A DNA stretch of 62,159 nt, filler included. It is 8 parts of 8 records of this genome, joined end to end, with 100 filler letters (N's around TTAATTAATTAA, not from the genome) between each part and the next. Parts side by side here need not be neighbours in the genome. Positions count along the whole stretch, not along the records: positions 1 to 11,888 come from SRR31156797_37381; 7 more parts are not named here. The stretch is one strand, 5' to 3'. Below the pieces are notes generated by a model, which saw nothing but the letters and a program-made list of their open reading frames with translations, made no database searches and had not been told where the DNA came from. The translations under genes were made by a program, and so were the position numbers. Positions 1 to 10,168 of this stretch are shown here, piece by piece (positions within the stretch are counted from its first letter, which is position 1; each line of letters starts with the position of its first letter).

Positions 1-47
1 GGGCTTTCAACATTCGCCCAGAATTGCTGCGTTTTATCTGAAAAGAT

Positions 48-1184
48 TCAATTCTTTTGAGGTTTTAAAGCGCGTGCATCGTGGTAGACCATTTGATCAG
101 ATTCATAATATTTATTTTTAAATTGTTTAATACTATTGTACATTGATAACAACCTGGCTTTCAGTGATTTATTATAGACAATTAGAGATTTATGCCTCCT
201 CAAACAGTCAGTCCATTGTCTTTCCCATTCATAAGGTTCACCGGGAAAATCGAATTTTTTAACCCCAATTGAAATTAGATGTTCAATTAATTTTGCCCTC
301 AATACTGTGGCTGGACTAACTTTTTTAAAAGTTTCAACATAACTGGTTTTAAGATAAAAATATATGTCATTTTTGATTAATCCCAAATTATAGGCAATGG
401 GCTCACGATTTAAATATAAGAAAACAAGATGCACCTCACCCTTTTCATGAGATGCTTTACAAAGTTGTCCATAAAAATTTTCTTGCTGTCTTATAACATT
501 AATTGATGTTCCATTATCGTTCTTCCAGCTTCTTTCTTCGATATATAGTAACTTATTAAAAGCTTCGGATATATTATTTTCCTGTCCAACCAAATGAAAT
601 TCAATATCACCTAACATATTCAATTTTCGGTCCATACGCTTCAAATAATTTCTAAACTTCCCAGACCGATTCATTAAGTAGTCGTTATAGGAACCTCTAA
701 ATTCAATAAAAAAGGACGGGAACGCTTTTTGCATTTCATATTTAATAGACATTTTTTGTAAAGAAGCTTCTAAACAGGAAAGAAGTGGATTGGTTTCAAT
801 AAAATGTCCAATTCTTAAGACGTCCCAATCATCTTTTAAACTGAACAAAGCTGCTAAAAGAGTTTGTGCGACTTCGTCTGAATTCGTAATCATGATATCG
901 CTATGAGTATTATAAAACTCAGATATCGGAGATAGACTAATTAAGGACAATCCATATTTTTTCGTTTTACTCAAAACCAAAGGAACGGCGCCGAGCATTT
1001 CGTCGGATTCTTTGATAATTATCAATAGAAAAGACTGATCAGCTTTGAGATGAGTCGATAAAAGGGAGTAAGTCCACTCAAAAGAAGTTGAGGGTTCATA
1101 TTCGCCGGATTCGAATATCCGGTTCCACGCTTCCTGATATTTAAAAATATCTTTCCGATCTTTTAAAATTTCGTAATGAATCAT
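48..1184 (-). CDS. GNAT-family (CelD/BcsL-like) acetyltransferase in EPS locus
   Basis: Motifs 'RSGKFRNYLKR', 'SPATVLRAKLIE' and 'FDFPG'; likely ATG at 1184 overlaps the stop of the upstream GT2 gene (ATGA). Confidence 0.75.
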   Translation of the reverse strand: MIHYEILKDRKDIFKYQEAWNRIFESGEYEPSTSFEWTYSLLSTHLKADQSFLLIIIKESDEMLGAVPLVLSKTKKYGLSLISLSPISEFYNTHSDIMITNSDEVAQTLLAALFSLKDDWDVLRIGHFIETNPLLSCLEASLQKMSIKYEMQKAFPSFFIEFRGSYNDYLMNRSGKFRNYLKRMDRKLNMLGDIEFHLVGQENNISEAFNKLLYIEERSWKNDNGTSINVIRQQENFYGQLCKASHEKGEVHLVFLYLNREPIAYNLGLIKNDIYFYLKTSYVETFKKVSPATVLRAKLIEHLISIGVKKFDFPGEPYEWERQWTDCLRRHKSLIVYNKSLKARLLSMYNSIKQFKNKYYESDQMVYHDARALKPQKN

Positions 1185-2227
1185 AGTTGTCTCAGTATTG
1201 TTAACGCCTTTAACGATATCCTTCGCAAAAAATAGGGAAAATAAGATAAAACCCACAAAAGACGTTCAGGCCGACCATAATCTTTACATTTTTTCAAATG
1301 ATATCGAGCAGTCTTGGGTTTATTTCCTTTGGCCAACAAGGGAACGACTAAGGCTTTATGTAAATGCCCCATTCTTTCATCAACATTTTTCCTATTTTTT
1401 TGATAATACTCGTTATTCTTTAAACCATGCTCCTCTCCAATTTTTAACAAATTCATTTGTTTTTCTATAACGATATTGATATCTGTTTTTTTATACACAC
1501 CTGATATCTGTTCTCCATGATATCTCAATTTATATGTTGGCACATCAATGAAGGCGGTTTTATTATTCCGGCAGCATCTGAGAAGAAATTCCAAGTCATG
1601 AAACAATCCAAATTTGCTATTCTGAAATCCGACTTCATCTAAAATGCCTTTTCTGAACATGATGCTGTTTGTAAAGACTATAATATTGCTAAAATAGAAG
1701 TCATAAATATTCCCCATATAGATTTTTCTATTCTTCCAGTTGCTATAGAGCATGTTGGCTTGCTCAAATGAAACATTCTCATCAAAAATATCATCATAGG
1801 TGACACCACCAGACTCGTAAGCGGAAGAATGATAAGTTTTCAAATGGAACTCATCAAAATATCCGAGGTCGTCGAATCCTGAAAATTCAGTATATACCAT
1901 TCCGACGTCAGGGAATTTATCAAGGACATTTGCCTGCAGTTCAATTTTATATGGATAATAAAGATCATCGGAATCAAGCCATGCGATGTAATCTCCTTGG
2001 GCCACTTTCATTCCTAGATTACGGGCGTGGGCCACACCTCTATTTTCTGAATACAAATACCTTATTTGCTCTCCATAAGGTTTCAGCAATTCGTTTGTGT
2101 TATCTGTAGATCCATCGTCTACAATAATTAGTTCACAATCGCTGATTGTCTGATTCAATACACTTTCTATAGCCTGGCAAATATATTGCCCTCTGTTAAA
2201 AGTCGGGATTATGACGCTTACTTTCAT
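1181..2227 (-). CDS. Glycosyltransferase family 2
   Basis: N-terminal VSVIIPTFNR, IIVDDGSTD and WLDSDD (DxD) motifs. Confidence 0.93.
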   Translation of the reverse strand: MKVSVIIPTFNRGQYICQAIESVLNQTISDCELIIVDDGSTDNTNELLKPYGEQIRYLYSENRGVAHARNLGMKVAQGDYIAWLDSDDLYYPYKIELQANVLDKFPDVGMVYTEFSGFDDLGYFDEFHLKTYHSSAYESGGVTYDDIFDENVSFEQANMLYSNWKNRKIYMGNIYDFYFSNIIVFTNSIMFRKGILDEVGFQNSKFGLFHDLEFLLRCCRNNKTAFIDVPTYKLRYHGEQISGVYKKTDINIVIEKQMNLLKIGEEHGLKNNEYYQKNRKNVDERMGHLHKALVVPLLAKGNKPKTARYHLKKCKDYGRPERLLWVLSYFPYFLRRISLKALTILRQL

Positions 2228-2228
2228 A

Positions 2229-3128
2229 TTAAAAATTTAAAATCCTTCCTGTTTTAATGCTTTCCCCACGACTTGAATTAAGTATATAAAATTCAAAGAG
2301 AAGAAAAACGAAACCGATCACGAACAGAACAACACCAGTAAATTCATGATAAAATCCCTGTGCTATTTGTTCACCATAAAAATTTGAAAGTATACCGGTT
2401 ATCGTGACTCTGAAAACATTTATACTGATGGCAAGGGGAATTGCGGAAAAAATCAATACACATCTTTTAACAAAGCCTTCGCTAAGCCATGCAAAAAGAT
2501 AACTCAGCATAAGATATGAATATAGGGATCTGATACCGCTACAGGCTTCAACAACTTCGAGACGAATATTGGGCATAAAAATCAGATTGCCTTCCTGATA
2601 AATGGGTATCTCAAGAAGCCGTATAATCAGTACGGATATTTTGGTGACAAAAAGCTTGAGGGGAGTTGTAAGCATAACATAATATGCGCTTGGAATAGGA
2701 AACATAAAAAACAAAAACAACAAAGGCCCAATCAATTCTCTCGTAACCTGCCAACCAGCAAGAAACAGCAAAAGCCCAAAAACTACAATAATCATCGAGA
2801 CATATGTAAGTGAGTGAAAATTAATCATAGAAGACATAAGATAGAGGAGAGAACCGCCTATTAAAACGGGCAAACCTCCCCATAAAGGATTAAGCCCCAA
2901 AGAGAACACCTTCTTTTTCTTGTTCCACACCATATATATAGAAATAGGGAGTATTAAGAAACCGTGTGAGTAATCACTATCTGAATTCCAGCACTTAACC
3001 AGCTCAATCATGACAGGGAGAAACAATAGTACAACAAAAATAGCAATGAACAATATGTGTATATATTCAAAGACTGCCGACTTGATATTTTTAAGTTCGG
3101 CTTTTGAAGTTTTTTTTACAAGTATCAC
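2229..3128 (-). CDS. Exosortase (EpsH/Xrt family)
   Basis: Multi-TM protein with YSHGFLI and the Cys-Arg-His triad (EACSGIR, NVFRV, FYHEF). Confidence 0.92.
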   Translation of the reverse strand: MILVKKTSKAELKNIKSAVFEYIHILFIAIFVVLLFLPVMIELVKCWNSDSDYSHGFLILPISIYMVWNKKKKVFSLGLNPLWGGLPVLIGGSLLYLMSSMINFHSLTYVSMIIVVFGLLLFLAGWQVTRELIGPLLFLFFMFPIPSAYYVMLTTPLKLFVTKISVLIIRLLEIPIYQEGNLIFMPNIRLEVVEACSGIRSLYSYLMLSYLFAWLSEGFVKRCVLIFSAIPLAISINVFRVTITGILSNFYGEQIAQGFYHEFTGVVLFVIGFVFLLFEFYILNSSRGESIKTGRILNF

Positions 3129-3778
3129 TTTATATACTCCTCCAAAACAGGTTGAAGTTTCTGTAAAAATGATTTCAATTGAGATGAGGCTTCCGTTATC
3201 TCCATATCTGGCGGAACCATAGTTGTTAGTCTCACAAAAGCGTTTGAATCAGACTTCCCCAATAGCCTGTTACCAAAGAGAACCAGTTTTTGTAGTCCTC
3301 TGTTTGTTATTGTTCCGTAAGTATTTTGAAACCAGTAAAACACAACCATCCTTTTTCCGCTCTGGACCTGAACAATTTCATTTACAGAAGCAAATGATTT
3401 CTTTTGATCAACATCCAGGGAGACTTTTACTGTATTATTTTCATTAATTTTCCATCCCTGACCTGTAAAACAAACTTCTGGCGAATGTGATTTATCCGCC
3501 TTTTCAAGAGTAGCATAATAAGCTATGAATAAAGTAATTTGAAGTTTATCCTCTTTGTTGTATAGATTGTAAACTATTCTATCGGGAGATAATATTGTTT
3601 GTACAACTGGATCATAATCCACTTTTCGAGAAGACCATCCAGCGATTTCCGGAAAAAGCTTACTCTCAATTTCAGTAGATTTATCATGAAATAGCAAATC
3701 GAAATACAAGACACCTGAACTTAATAACAGAATAGACATTGAGAGATAAATCTTTAAACGATTCGAAGGCTTAGGCAT
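3125..3778 (-). CDS. epsI: Exosortase-associated EpsI family protein
   Basis: HSPEVCFTGQGW, VFYWFQ and AFVRL motifs; N-terminal TM; overlaps the exosortase start. Confidence 0.88.
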   Translation of the reverse strand: MPKPSNRLKIYLSMSILLLSSGVLYFDLLFHDKSTEIESKLFPEIAGWSSRKVDYDPVVQTILSPDRIVYNLYNKEDKLQITLFIAYYATLEKADKSHSPEVCFTGQGWKINENNTVKVSLDVDQKKSFASVNEIVQVQSGKRMVVFYWFQNTYGTITNRGLQKLVLFGNRLLGKSDSNAFVRLTTMVPPDMEITEASSQLKSFLQKLQPVLEEYIK

Positions 3779-3963
3779 CAGGCCATCTCCAGAGCATTGA
3801 ATATTGCGTTAAGAATAACTATTTATTTCACTTACCATGGGTGGGACGGAGCATATATATAAATATATGCATCGGATTTTTCGCAGCCTTCGCTGCACAC
3901 CAACAGCAATCCTGACACATTTTATCGTATACTTCAATTCGCCTGACTTTGGAAGGCAATTGA

Positions 3964-4818
3964 TTATCCTCTCAAATAACCAATACAAGTTTTAAACTCC
4001 GTAAAGTCAAACGTTTGGATAATCGAGCTTAATTTCATTTCTGTACTTTGCAAATTTGTATAATGCCTGAATTTAAATCCTGATGAGGCTTGCTCCACCC
4101 GCGGTTGGTCCGGATCAAACTCCCAAGGATGAGAATAAAAAACGAATGCGTTTTCCTTTTTGAGAACATGTTTGATGCCTTGCTTGAATAAAAAATTTGG
4201 TATAATCCTAAAATATCCTCCCCCGCCTAAGGGAAAAACTATATTTTTAATTTGCAAATTGCTTACAGGAAGCTCGTAAAAATCATCTTGCATGATATAC
4301 CCCGTTCCATTTTTATTCATCCCCTTAAGATCAACGGTGCCATATCTTCCATGGATGGAAAATGAATTATAACTTGAATCGTACAAGTAACCGGCATTCC
4401 GGATAAGATAAAGGATATCATTATTTACTGCAAAACTTGGGGCACGATAACCATATACTGTTTCACCAATGAGATCCTCAAGTACTTTTTTACTTCTTTC
4501 AAGATCCTCTGAAAATTGTTTTGAAGACTGTTTTGTAGGAAGATGGTGATTAAACCCGTGGGATGCCACTTCATGCCCCCGCATTCTAATTTCTTTTATA
4601 AGCGAGGGCATTCTCACAGAAATCCACCCAAGCACAAAAAACGTCGCTTTAGGAGCAAATGGAAAAGAATCTAGCATATCTAGAATCTTATGGGTATTTT
4701 TTTCCACCCGAAAATCCAAGGAAGACCACGATGAAAAAGGAATATACTCCTTAAAATTTTCAACCTGAAACCAGTCTTCGACGTCAAAGGTCAGAAGAAT
4801 ATATTTCTTGTCTATTAT
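3964..4818 (-). CDS. Exosortase-system polysaccharide deacetylase (NodB/CE4)
   Basis: ATFFVLGW, HEVASHG, GYRAP and HPWEFDP motifs; the frame extends upstream of the ORF-track start through TFDVEDWFQ to an ATA at 4818. Confidence 0.88.
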   Translation of the reverse strand: MIDKKYILLTFDVEDWFQVENFKEYIPFSSWSSLDFRVEKNTHKILDMLDSFPFAPKATFFVLGWISVRMPSLIKEIRMRGHEVASHGFNHHLPTKQSSKQFSEDLERSKKVLEDLIGETVYGYRAPSFAVNNDILYLIRNAGYLYDSSYNSFSIHGRYGTVDLKGMNKNGTGYIMQDDFYELPVSNLQIKNIVFPLGGGGYFRIIPNFLFKQGIKHVLKKENAFVFYSHPWEFDPDQPRVEQASSGFKFRHYTNLQSTEMKLSSIIQTFDFTEFKTCIGYLRG

Positions 4819-5036
4819 AATATTGTCCTCTACAAGGTATTATCATTGCATCTGGTTACCAGCGGAAAATCTGTGCGGTTAGCCATAATGCGAAGGCAAA
4901 AGAGTTTGATCTATAAAGGTTTGAGAACTCTTTTTTCAAATTAGGGTACTCTATACCCGACATCATCATATTAAAAACAACGTTTTTTATAGAGTATGGC
5001 ACCCCATCACGGCCATGTTTTCCCTTTGAGCACTCA

Positions 5037-5651
5037 TCATTTTTTTAATTTATCCTTAAAAATTTCAAGCAAATGGGGTTTAACCGCTGCAATAATTTCT
5101 CGTTGAGATTCGCTATCATCCCAGTTTTGAACTTTTCGAAAGGGGAAATCAGGTGGTCTTTGAAGCTCCCAGTGTTCAATACACTTTTCTTTATATTTCT
5201 TTGTTGAACCAAACCTTCTTGCAGGAACCCCCATAACGATGGAATTCTCAGGCACATCAGAAATCACAACCGAATTTGCTGCAACAATCGAGTTTTTTCC
5301 AATTGTAACATTCGGCAAAATGATGGATTTCATTCCAATAAGACAATTATCTTCTATAACAATAGGGCCAAACATTCTTAGATCTGGTATCTCCTCTCTA
5401 AATATCCAAGTACCACCATCATGGGTTAAAAATGTAACGCCTTCGTTAATATTTACATGGTTACCAATTTTAATGAGATACGGTTCCGCCCCAAAACTTC
5501 TCGGCATTATAACGCAACCTTCACCAATTACAGCTCCCTGCTTACGGAAATATTCGGCAATAGTAAAATTGTTGTACTGGATCATTTCAAACCGACGTTT
5601 CATTTTTTTGACAAAATAAATAAAGAATTTTATGAGGTGTTTACTTTTCAT
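5037..5651 (-). CDS. Hexapeptide-repeat (LbH) acyltransferase
   Basis: IGNHVNI, THDGG, IEDNCLIG, IGKNSIV and GVPAR motifs. Confidence 0.88.
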   Translation of the reverse strand: MKSKHLIKFFIYFVKKMKRRFEMIQYNNFTIAEYFRKQGAVIGEGCVIMPRSFGAEPYLIKIGNHVNINEGVTFLTHDGGTWIFREEIPDLRMFGPIVIEDNCLIGMKSIILPNVTIGKNSIVAANSVVISDVPENSIVMGVPARRFGSTKKYKEKCIEHWELQRPPDFPFRKVQNWDDSESQREIIAAVKPHLLEIFKDKLKK

Positions 5652-5750
5652 ATTATCACTTACCTGAGTATAAGAAGAAAATATTCATTCACATCAAACG
5701 GGAATTGGCTATTTTAACAATTTTCCCAACCAAAAATCACGACATTCTAA

Positions 5751-6662
5751 TTAATTTATCATTTCATTCACAACGGGCATTACGATCTTGTCGAGGCAAT
5801 CGTCGTAAGCCTTTTGAACCAAATGATTGCCATCCGATTGTGCGTATTCTTCTTTAAGATGCCTATCTTCGTCACTAATCCGCAAGGCATATTCCAAATC
5901 GAGAACAGGTATTTTACAGTGTTTACCATACTGTCTGATAAAATCATTAAATTTCAAAATCGAAACAAATCTTCCTGGATTCTTAAAGTCGTGAGCTTTT
6001 GTTACCGGCACAACCGTAGCCAGAACAGGAGTTATTCCATTGGATTTCAACTTATCAACCCATACTTTTATCTGTTCCGTACTTGTTTGATAATTTCTTG
6101 GAAAATATGCAGAACATTCTTTAATTATGACACTTTTTATAGGCACATCAGCTTTTAAGCTAATCAATTCATCTATTATATTGCTTTTATTAAAATCATA
6201 AATTGTACGAGATCCAAAAATATAGTTATCTTCATCTCCCATACGTTCTGGTAACGCTTCAAAACGCCAGCGGCTTCCAATCGAGGCACCTATCAAAACG
6301 ATGTAATTTACGCTATCAGCATTCGGGATCACTTTTTTCACTTTTTTTTTATATAATAGCAAACCTTTAAAATCATTTCTGTTGATTTCAATTGTATATT
6401 GCATATCCGTGGAAAGGTTTTCAAACAAACACAAACCCAATTCATTATATTTTCCTTCTATCATATTGGAATCATGTAGCTTCAACCGCAAACTAATTTT
6501 ATCCTGATACCATTTCCCCGAATTAATTATAGCAATACCGCCATCGACCGGAACCACTTCTTGAAATGGTAAATCCCTTCTAATTGCAATCCCAATAGAA
6601 CAAAGAGCAAACAATGATGTTATAATAGCAACTGATGAAATGAGAACAACTTTGGAAAACAT
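5751..6662 (-). CDS. Membrane-anchored SGNH/GDSL-like hydrolase domain protein
   Basis: N-terminal TM, VLIGASIG block I-like motif and C-terminal DGNHL (DxxH). Confidence 0.6.
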   Translation of the reverse strand: MFSKVVLISSVAIITSLFALCSIGIAIRRDLPFQEVVPVDGGIAIINSGKWYQDKISLRLKLHDSNMIEGKYNELGLCLFENLSTDMQYTIEINRNDFKGLLLYKKKVKKVIPNADSVNYIVLIGASIGSRWRFEALPERMGDEDNYIFGSRTIYDFNKSNIIDELISLKADVPIKSVIIKECSAYFPRNYQTSTEQIKVWVDKLKSNGITPVLATVVPVTKAHDFKNPGRFVSILKFNDFIRQYGKHCKIPVLDLEYALRISDEDRHLKEEYAQSDGNHLVQKAYDDCLDKIVMPVVNEMIN

Positions 6663-6792
6663 CCATTTCTCCTTTAAGTAGTATTAGAATTCAAGCCATT
6701 ATTTGAAGAACGACTCAATCAAGGCGTACATCAGATCGCAACCGGTCCATGATGTTCATGCAACCCGCATTGGTGGGGTCAAGGTGCATATA

Positions 6793-8091
6793 TTAAGGTA
6801 CATATACAAAACGTATTGGACGATGAGGCGTCAAACTAATTGCCAATGTTCCACGGTTTTCCTGATAATCGTCCCTTTCTGAAGAGTCTGTATCAAAATC
6901 ATGAAAAAGATAATTAAGGCTAATATCCATCCACAAGTAAGGAGACCAGACAAGACCTATTCCGAACTCCCGGGAGTTGTCGTTTCTGTTGACATCTGGT
7001 TCGTCAAATTCATCTCGTCTGTACGAACCATTAAAATTGATCGTCAGCCTTCTTGTCAGCTGATAACTAAGCAGGCTGGAAACTTCATAATAGAGATTAA
7101 AACCAAGACTTGCAGCATCCGACTTGATATCACTATAGCCACTTGCACCAGTCAACATTAAGGAACCTCGCCGGCTGATTGGCAAATGCATATTAATATC
7201 AGCATCCAGGAAAAACTGACTTTCATTGTCTGAATTCTCCCATTCATTGACAAGATACCCTGTACCCAAGGAGATAACTGAATCTTCTGTCATATTCCAA
7301 TCAAATCCCAACGAAGGGTTATAGATGGTATGATCTCCGGAGTCCTGATCTGTAAAAGTTTGAGAATATCCAAAATATACCTGGAAGTGCCGGGTAATTT
7401 TCTTAATAACGCGTATACTTCCTGAAACAGTTTCTCGATCATCCTCTGAAAGATCATACGTCCTTCTGGCATGCGACATTGCTAAATCGAACCCGAACTG
7501 AGGTGTAATCCAGTAAGAAAGAGAGGCTATGGGGTTATAACTTTTATAATCTTCAGCGTCTAACTCTTCGGATTCATAAATTTCATAGATATAATCCAAC
7601 CGCAATGAGTTATTCAGACCCAATTGCCAAAGGATGCCTGCGGAGGTGGTATTGGTGTTTACCTCATGCCAACCACCGGTTCTTAATGCATGGGTTAAGT
7701 TTTTAGAGAATACCTGGGAAAATATCAAACTTGTTTGTCTGGAATTTTGATAGAAACCATCAATAGAGAAATCATGTTCCCAGAAATCATCATCGCTGTG
7801 ATTATCGTGAGCACGGTGGGATGCTGTATAACTCAAATCTATCTCGGTTTTTTTTTCAATAAATTTCAATGAAAACCCTGGGGACAAATAGGATATGTAC
7901 TCCTCTTCTTTATTTGTAGCTGTCCTGTCATAATTGTCAGTGTACTCTTCAGAGATCGATAGTCTCGGAACAAATTCAGTAACCATAGAAAATGCTGGGA
8001 CAGCAGAAAGAAAACAAAGCACTGAAAGTGTATAGATTTTCATTATCCATATCGCCATATCAACCTCCGCAGTATCATAGGAGCAGAACAA
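6793..8091 (-). CDS. Outer membrane beta-barrel protein of EPS export locus
   Basis: Signal peptide, 'PRLSISEEYTDN', amphipathic beta strands, YQENR near C-terminus; start uncertain. Confidence 0.8.
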   Translation of the reverse strand: MFCSYDTAEVDMAIWIMKIYTLSVLCFLSAVPAFSMVTEFVPRLSISEEYTDNYDRTATNKEEEYISYLSPGFSLKFIEKKTEIDLSYTASHRAHDNHSDDDFWEHDFSIDGFYQNSRQTSLIFSQVFSKNLTHALRTGGWHEVNTNTTSAGILWQLGLNNSLRLDYIYEIYESEELDAEDYKSYNPIASLSYWITPQFGFDLAMSHARRTYDLSEDDRETVSGSIRVIKKITRHFQVYFGYSQTFTDQDSGDHTIYNPSLGFDWNMTEDSVISLGTGYLVNEWENSDNESQFFLDADINMHLPISRRGSLMLTGASGYSDIKSDAASLGFNLYYEVSSLLSYQLTRRLTINFNGSYRRDEFDEPDVNRNDNSREFGIGLVWSPYLWMDISLNYLFHDFDTDSSERDDYQENRGTLAISLTPHRPIRFVYVP

Positions 8092-8095
8092 ACAA

Positions 8096-8695
8096 TTACG
8101 GCACGAGAATAGTATCGTCAGTTTTTATGGGCATATTATTGCGGAAATCACCTTTTAAAAAATCTTTATAGTTGATTTTGATTATCTTCTCTTTGCCTCC
8201 TTCCTTTCTAAAAAGAATGATCTCTTTTTTGGAAGCCCACTCTGTAAAGCCTCCGGCAACGGCAAAGGCCTGCATCACAGTTAGATTTTTGACCAAGGGA
8301 TATTCTCCAGTGTTAGCAACTTCTCCTATAATATAGAAACGTTGACTTACCGGATTGACAATCGAAACGGTTACATAAGGAGTATCCACATATTGAGCCA
8401 GACGTTTTTCTATATTAGCTTTGAGTTCCGTGGTTGTCGTTCCCGCAGCAAGAACATCATCAACAAGGGGAATGGTAATTTTACCGTCACTTCTGACCAT
8501 TGCCGCATCAATGGAAAAATCTGCTTCTTTCCAGGTAGAGATATTCAATATATCTCCAACACCGATGATGTAATCCTGTAGTTTCTCCGACAATTTTCTT
8601 TCTTCCTGGGCACAGACAACACCTGGCAATAAAACCAGATAAAATGCAAGAATAAGCACAGTCAAACCATTTTTCGATCGCTTGTCACAGAACAT
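8096..8695 (-). CDS. Polysaccharide export protein (Wza-like, SLBB domain)
   Basis: YIIGVGDILNI, VRSDGKITIPLV and AVAGGF motifs. Confidence 0.92.
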   Translation of the reverse strand: MFCDKRSKNGLTVLILAFYLVLLPGVVCAQEERKLSEKLQDYIIGVGDILNISTWKEADFSIDAAMVRSDGKITIPLVDDVLAAGTTTTELKANIEKRLAQYVDTPYVTVSIVNPVSQRFYIIGEVANTGEYPLVKNLTVMQAFAVAGGFTEWASKKEIILFRKEGGKEKIIKINYKDFLKGDFRNNMPIKTDDTILVP

Positions 8696-8760
8696 AGCTC
8701 CGCCCCTTGATTTACATCAAATATTATTTACAACAACCCGTTTTATTTAACAGCAAATAC

Positions 8761-10158
8761 CTACCTTGCACCTTTACCCAAAAGGACTGTTTTGATGGTG
8801 CGAAGGATAATCAAAATATCGAACATGGTGGACATGTTTTTTACATAAAACAAATCATAATTGAGTTTTTCAACAGCATCTTCCACGGAGGCCCCATAGT
8901 CGTAGGAGATCTGTGCCCATCCAGTAATTCCCGGTTTAACAACAAAACGCTGGGAATAGTATGGAATCAGCTCTTCAAGCTCATCGATAAAATGCTTCCG
9001 CTCCGGCCTTGGGCCTACAATACTCATTTTCCCCATTAACACATCCCAGAACTGAGGAAACTCATCAATGCGGTATTTTCGGATGATTACTCCGACCCGG
9101 GTGATTCTGGTATCATTATCCTGGGCCCAAACCGGTCCGCTGAGCTCCTCGGCGTTATCAACCATGGAACGAAACTTATGCACCAAAAACTCATTTTTTC
9201 TCTGTCCGACCCTATCCTGGGAGAAAAAAATTGGTCCCTTGGAATCAAGTTTGATTGCAATAGCGACCAAGGCAAACAGGGGGGATAATAATATCAACAC
9301 ACACACTGACATGACAATATCCTCCAGGCGCTTCAAAACCGTTCTGAATTTCGACTTTCTGAACCCCTCAGAAAAAATAAGCCATGCCGGATTAATTTTC
9401 TTCACAAGAAGCTTCCCTGTGAGCATTTCGTAAAAAGTATTCCCCTCGAGGACTTCGATTCCATGAACCCTGCACCGGATAAGGTCTTCTGCAGGGAAAG
9501 AGCCTCTTCTTTCCGTCAAGGCCACTACGATTTTTTTCACACCAATATCAAGGGCGGTCTCACAAAGACTCCGCCCTGCTTTCAAAACAACCGACTTATC
9601 TGCGAGGACCGGATCAACACCCATTTCACTATCCAAATCAGGAACTATAGCAGAGACACTATAGCCACAGTCTATTTTTTGATCAATTGTTTTAAAAATG
9701 TCCAAAGCAAAACTGTTAGATCCGAGAATGATGATATTTTCATTAAAATAACCTCTGTTCAAGATTGAAATATATAAGAACCTCCACCCAATGATAATGA
9801 ACAAGAGAAACAGAATACTCAGACAAAAAATCGCCTGATCAATAATCAAAATCGGAAACACGAAATAAACACCGGCAAGGATAATTGCAGTAATCCCAAG
9901 GGCCTGCAGCAACCGAATTCCGGTTTCTGTTAGTGTGGTTGCGATCTGAAAATCATAGAGATCGTTATAGTAAAGACATATCTGACAAACAAGGGTAATA
10001 AAGGCGATTTTGAAACCCAACAACATATCAAAAGGAATCGACTCTGGCATAATCAAAAGAAGCGCAGCAAGAAGTACAGCTACAAAAATGACAGCCCCTT
10101 CACATATGAAAAAGATGATATTCCGAATGGGATAGTATTGTTTAAAAAGCCGCAGCAT
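8761..10158 (-). CDS. Priming sugar transferase (polyprenyl glycosylphosphotransferase), exosortase-system type
   Basis: KFRSM, RIDEFPQ, VGPRPE and VKPGITGWAQ motifs with N-terminal TMs. Confidence 0.93.
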   Translation of the reverse strand: MLRLFKQYYPIRNIIFFICEGAVIFVAVLLAALLLIMPESIPFDMLLGFKIAFITLVCQICLYYNDLYDFQIATTLTETGIRLLQALGITAIILAGVYFVFPILIIDQAIFCLSILFLLFIIIGWRFLYISILNRGYFNENIIILGSNSFALDIFKTIDQKIDCGYSVSAIVPDLDSEMGVDPVLADKSVVLKAGRSLCETALDIGVKKIVVALTERRGSFPAEDLIRCRVHGIEVLEGNTFYEMLTGKLLVKKINPAWLIFSEGFRKSKFRTVLKRLEDIVMSVCVLILLSPLFALVAIAIKLDSKGPIFFSQDRVGQRKNEFLVHKFRSMVDNAEELSGPVWAQDNDTRITRVGVIIRKYRIDEFPQFWDVLMGKMSIVGPRPERKHFIDELEELIPYYSQRFVVKPGITGWAQISYDYGASVEDAVEKLNYDLFYVKNMSTMFDILIILRTIKTVLLGKGAR

Positions 10159-10168
10159 TGTTTAAATA

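Noticed and set aside
3851-3896. Two small palindromes (GCATATAT/ATATATGC and GCAGC/GCTGC) upstream of epsI
   Set aside because: Short and low in complexity; cannot be told apart from chance.
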